In this document: positions 62,469 through 64,000 of the stretch, in pieces | How the letters are laid out: each line of letters begins with the position of its first letter | How positions within the stretch are numbered: the first letter of the stretch is position 1 | Assembly (NCBI GenBank): GCA_964291265.2 | Contig: OZ219747.1 | Span: 768,001 to 832,000, forward strand | DNA from: Alphaproteobacteria bacterium | GTDB lineage: Bacteria; Pseudomonadota; Alphaproteobacteria; SP197 | DNA: 64,000 nt | Direction: 5' to 3' | Notes under the pieces: model-generated | Database searches by the model: none | Told to the model about the DNA's origin: nothing | Seen by the model: the letters and a program-made list of their open reading frames with translations, nothing else | Translations under genes and position numbers: made by a program

Positions 62469-64000
62469 ATGTCCACGCCGCTCGACGTCCCCCTCGATCG
62501 CGCAGGCCTGACACTCATCGAGGCCAGTGCCGGATCCGGCAAGACCAGGGCCATCACGACGCTGGTGGCGCGACTGATTGTCGAGCGCGACCTTGAGCTC
62601 GACGGTCTTCTCATCGTGACCTACACGCGTGCCGCCACCGCCGAACTGAAGGAACGAATCCGCCGGACCCTGAAGTCGACATGGCGCGCCATGGAGTCGC
62701 CGGGCGAAGGAGATGACCAGGCACGCGAGCTCGTCGAACACTGGACGGCGGCGGGCATCGATGCCGCCATGGCCGCCCGCCGCCTCGACCTCGCGATCCA
62801 TGACATCGACCGGGCCAACATACACACCATTCACGGCATCTGCGCGCGCCTGCTCGCCGAGTTTTCATTCGAGTGCGGCCTGCCCTTCCATTGCGAGATC
62901 ACGGGAAGCCTCGATACGTGCGTGACGCGGGCCACGCACGACATCTGGCAGAAAGGCGCGGCCGCCTTCACGGCCGGACTTGCCCGGCACGTGAACGACA
63001 ACGATGTCTCGCCCGATTCGCTGGCCCGGTGGGCGGCAAGCGTCCCCCTGCAGCCCGGCCTTGAAATCCGCGGCGTTCCGCAGGCAGCGCCGGCGGCCGA
63101 AGATGGCGAAGCGGAATGGAAGGCGTCCCTTGGCGAGGTACGCCGGCTGTGGAAGGACCATGGCGATCACTTCGTGTCGATGCTGACGCAGGAGCACATC
63201 CTCAACAGGAGATCCTATCCCGAACCCAGGACCCTGGCATGGCTGGCGAGCATCAGGGAGACCCTTCTCGGCGGTGACGATGACAGGCTTTGGGAATCCG
63301 GTCGCGCCGGCCGGTTCGCCAGGAGCAGTCTCGAAGATGCCCTGCTGAAGAACCGGACCCTTCCCGAGAATCCGCTCGCCGATGCCTTCGAGCGTCTCGA
63401 AGTGGCCCGTGAGGGGGTTGGCTCCTGTTATGCCGGGGTTGTCCGGGGCATCAGGAAGGACATCCTCGAGAGGATAGGCAGCCTTCGGCCGAAGCTGGTC
63501 AGGGAGACCCGGCGCCTCGGCTACCAGGACCTTCTGAATGAACTCCATGACGCCCTGGAGGGGCGAAACGGCATGGCTCTCGTCCGCGGCATGCGTGAAC
63601 GCTATCCGGTTGCCCTGATCGACGAGTACCAGGACACCGACCCGTTGCAGACCAGGATCTTCACGCGTGTCTACGAACCGGCGGTCAAGGTGCCGGGCAC
63701 CCCTCCCATTCTCTTCATCGTCGGTGACCCCAAGCAGTCCATCTACTGGTTCCGCGGCGCCGATGTCTTTTCCTACCTGGAAGCAAAGAAGCGCGCCCGG
63801 AACACCCTCACCCTCAGGAAGAACTGGCGGTCGGCCCCGGCTCTCGTGAAGAGTGTCAATCATCTCTTTGACACCCGGGCTCCGTTCCTGATCGACAGCA
63901 TCGCGTTCGATCCGGCGGTGCCGGGGCGCGGCGCCTCGCCGGTCCTCGAGGTGAAGGGCGACAGGGGTCCGCCGCTCAGGATGTGGAATCTCGGTTACAA
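62469..64000 (+). CDS. recB: Exodeoxyribonuclease V beta subunit (runs off right edge)
   Basis: Not in ORF track; MSTPLDV...LIEASAGSGKT, VTYTRAATAELKERI, IHTIHG, IDEYQDTD, VGDPKQSIY, NWRS. Confidence 0.93.
   Translation, partial: MSTPLDVPLDRAGLTLIEASAGSGKTRAITTLVARLIVERDLELDGLLIVTYTRAATAELKERIRRTLKSTWRAMESPGEGDDQARELVEHWTAAGIDAAMAARRLDLAIHDIDRANIHTIHGICARLLAEFSFECGLPFHCEITGSLDTCVTRATHDIWQKGAAAFTAGLARHVNDNDVSPDSLARWAASVPLQPGLEIRGVPQAAPAAEDGEAEWKASLGEVRRLWKDHGDHFVSMLTQEHILNRRSYPEPRTLAWLASIRETLLGGDDDRLWESGRAGRFARSSLEDALLKNRTLPENPLADAFERLEVAREGVGSCYAGVVRGIRKDILERIGSLRPKLVRETRRLGYQDLLNELHDALEGRNGMALVRGMRERYPVALIDEYQDTDPLQTRIFTRVYEPAVKVPGTPPILFIVGDPKQSIYWFRGADVFSYLEAKKRARNTLTLRKNWRSAPALVKSVNHLFDTRAPFLIDSIAFDPAVPGRGASPVLEVKGDRGPPLRMWNLGY

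Noticed and set aside
62865-63863. 332-aa minus-strand ORF
   Set aside because: Antisense shadow of recB

Overview
High-GC chromosomal segment, most likely from an alphaproteobacterium (rho-hemJ-hemH-hemE / DUF299 arrangement, MmcB, cobS/cobT); the RTX protein and autotransporter remnant resemble those of host-associated marine bacteria (inference). It carries housekeeping genes (purH, rho, hemJ/H/E, cobC/S/T, acnA, purC, lolA, recC, 5' part of recB), a likely oriC between hemE and the PDRP gene, two Rieske-oxygenase/amine-transport catabolic clusters, and scattered accessory DNA: an intact IS4-type element with a DUF4338 (DruA-like) fusion transposase, MITE-like remnants, IS91/IS66 debris and three TA modules. 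The most striking feature is at 26015-36125. It is a tandem arrangement of two alleles of one locus, delimited by a 7-bp GGCCGTC microhomology. Copy 1 holds an intact SauUSI-like PLD-helicase-DUF3427 nuclease. In copy 2 that gene is almost entirely replaced by a translationally coupled three-gene operon (small orphan + PIN-domain protein + P-loop ATPase), a candidate uncharacterised defence system. All calls are from visual motif recognition; no database searches were run.
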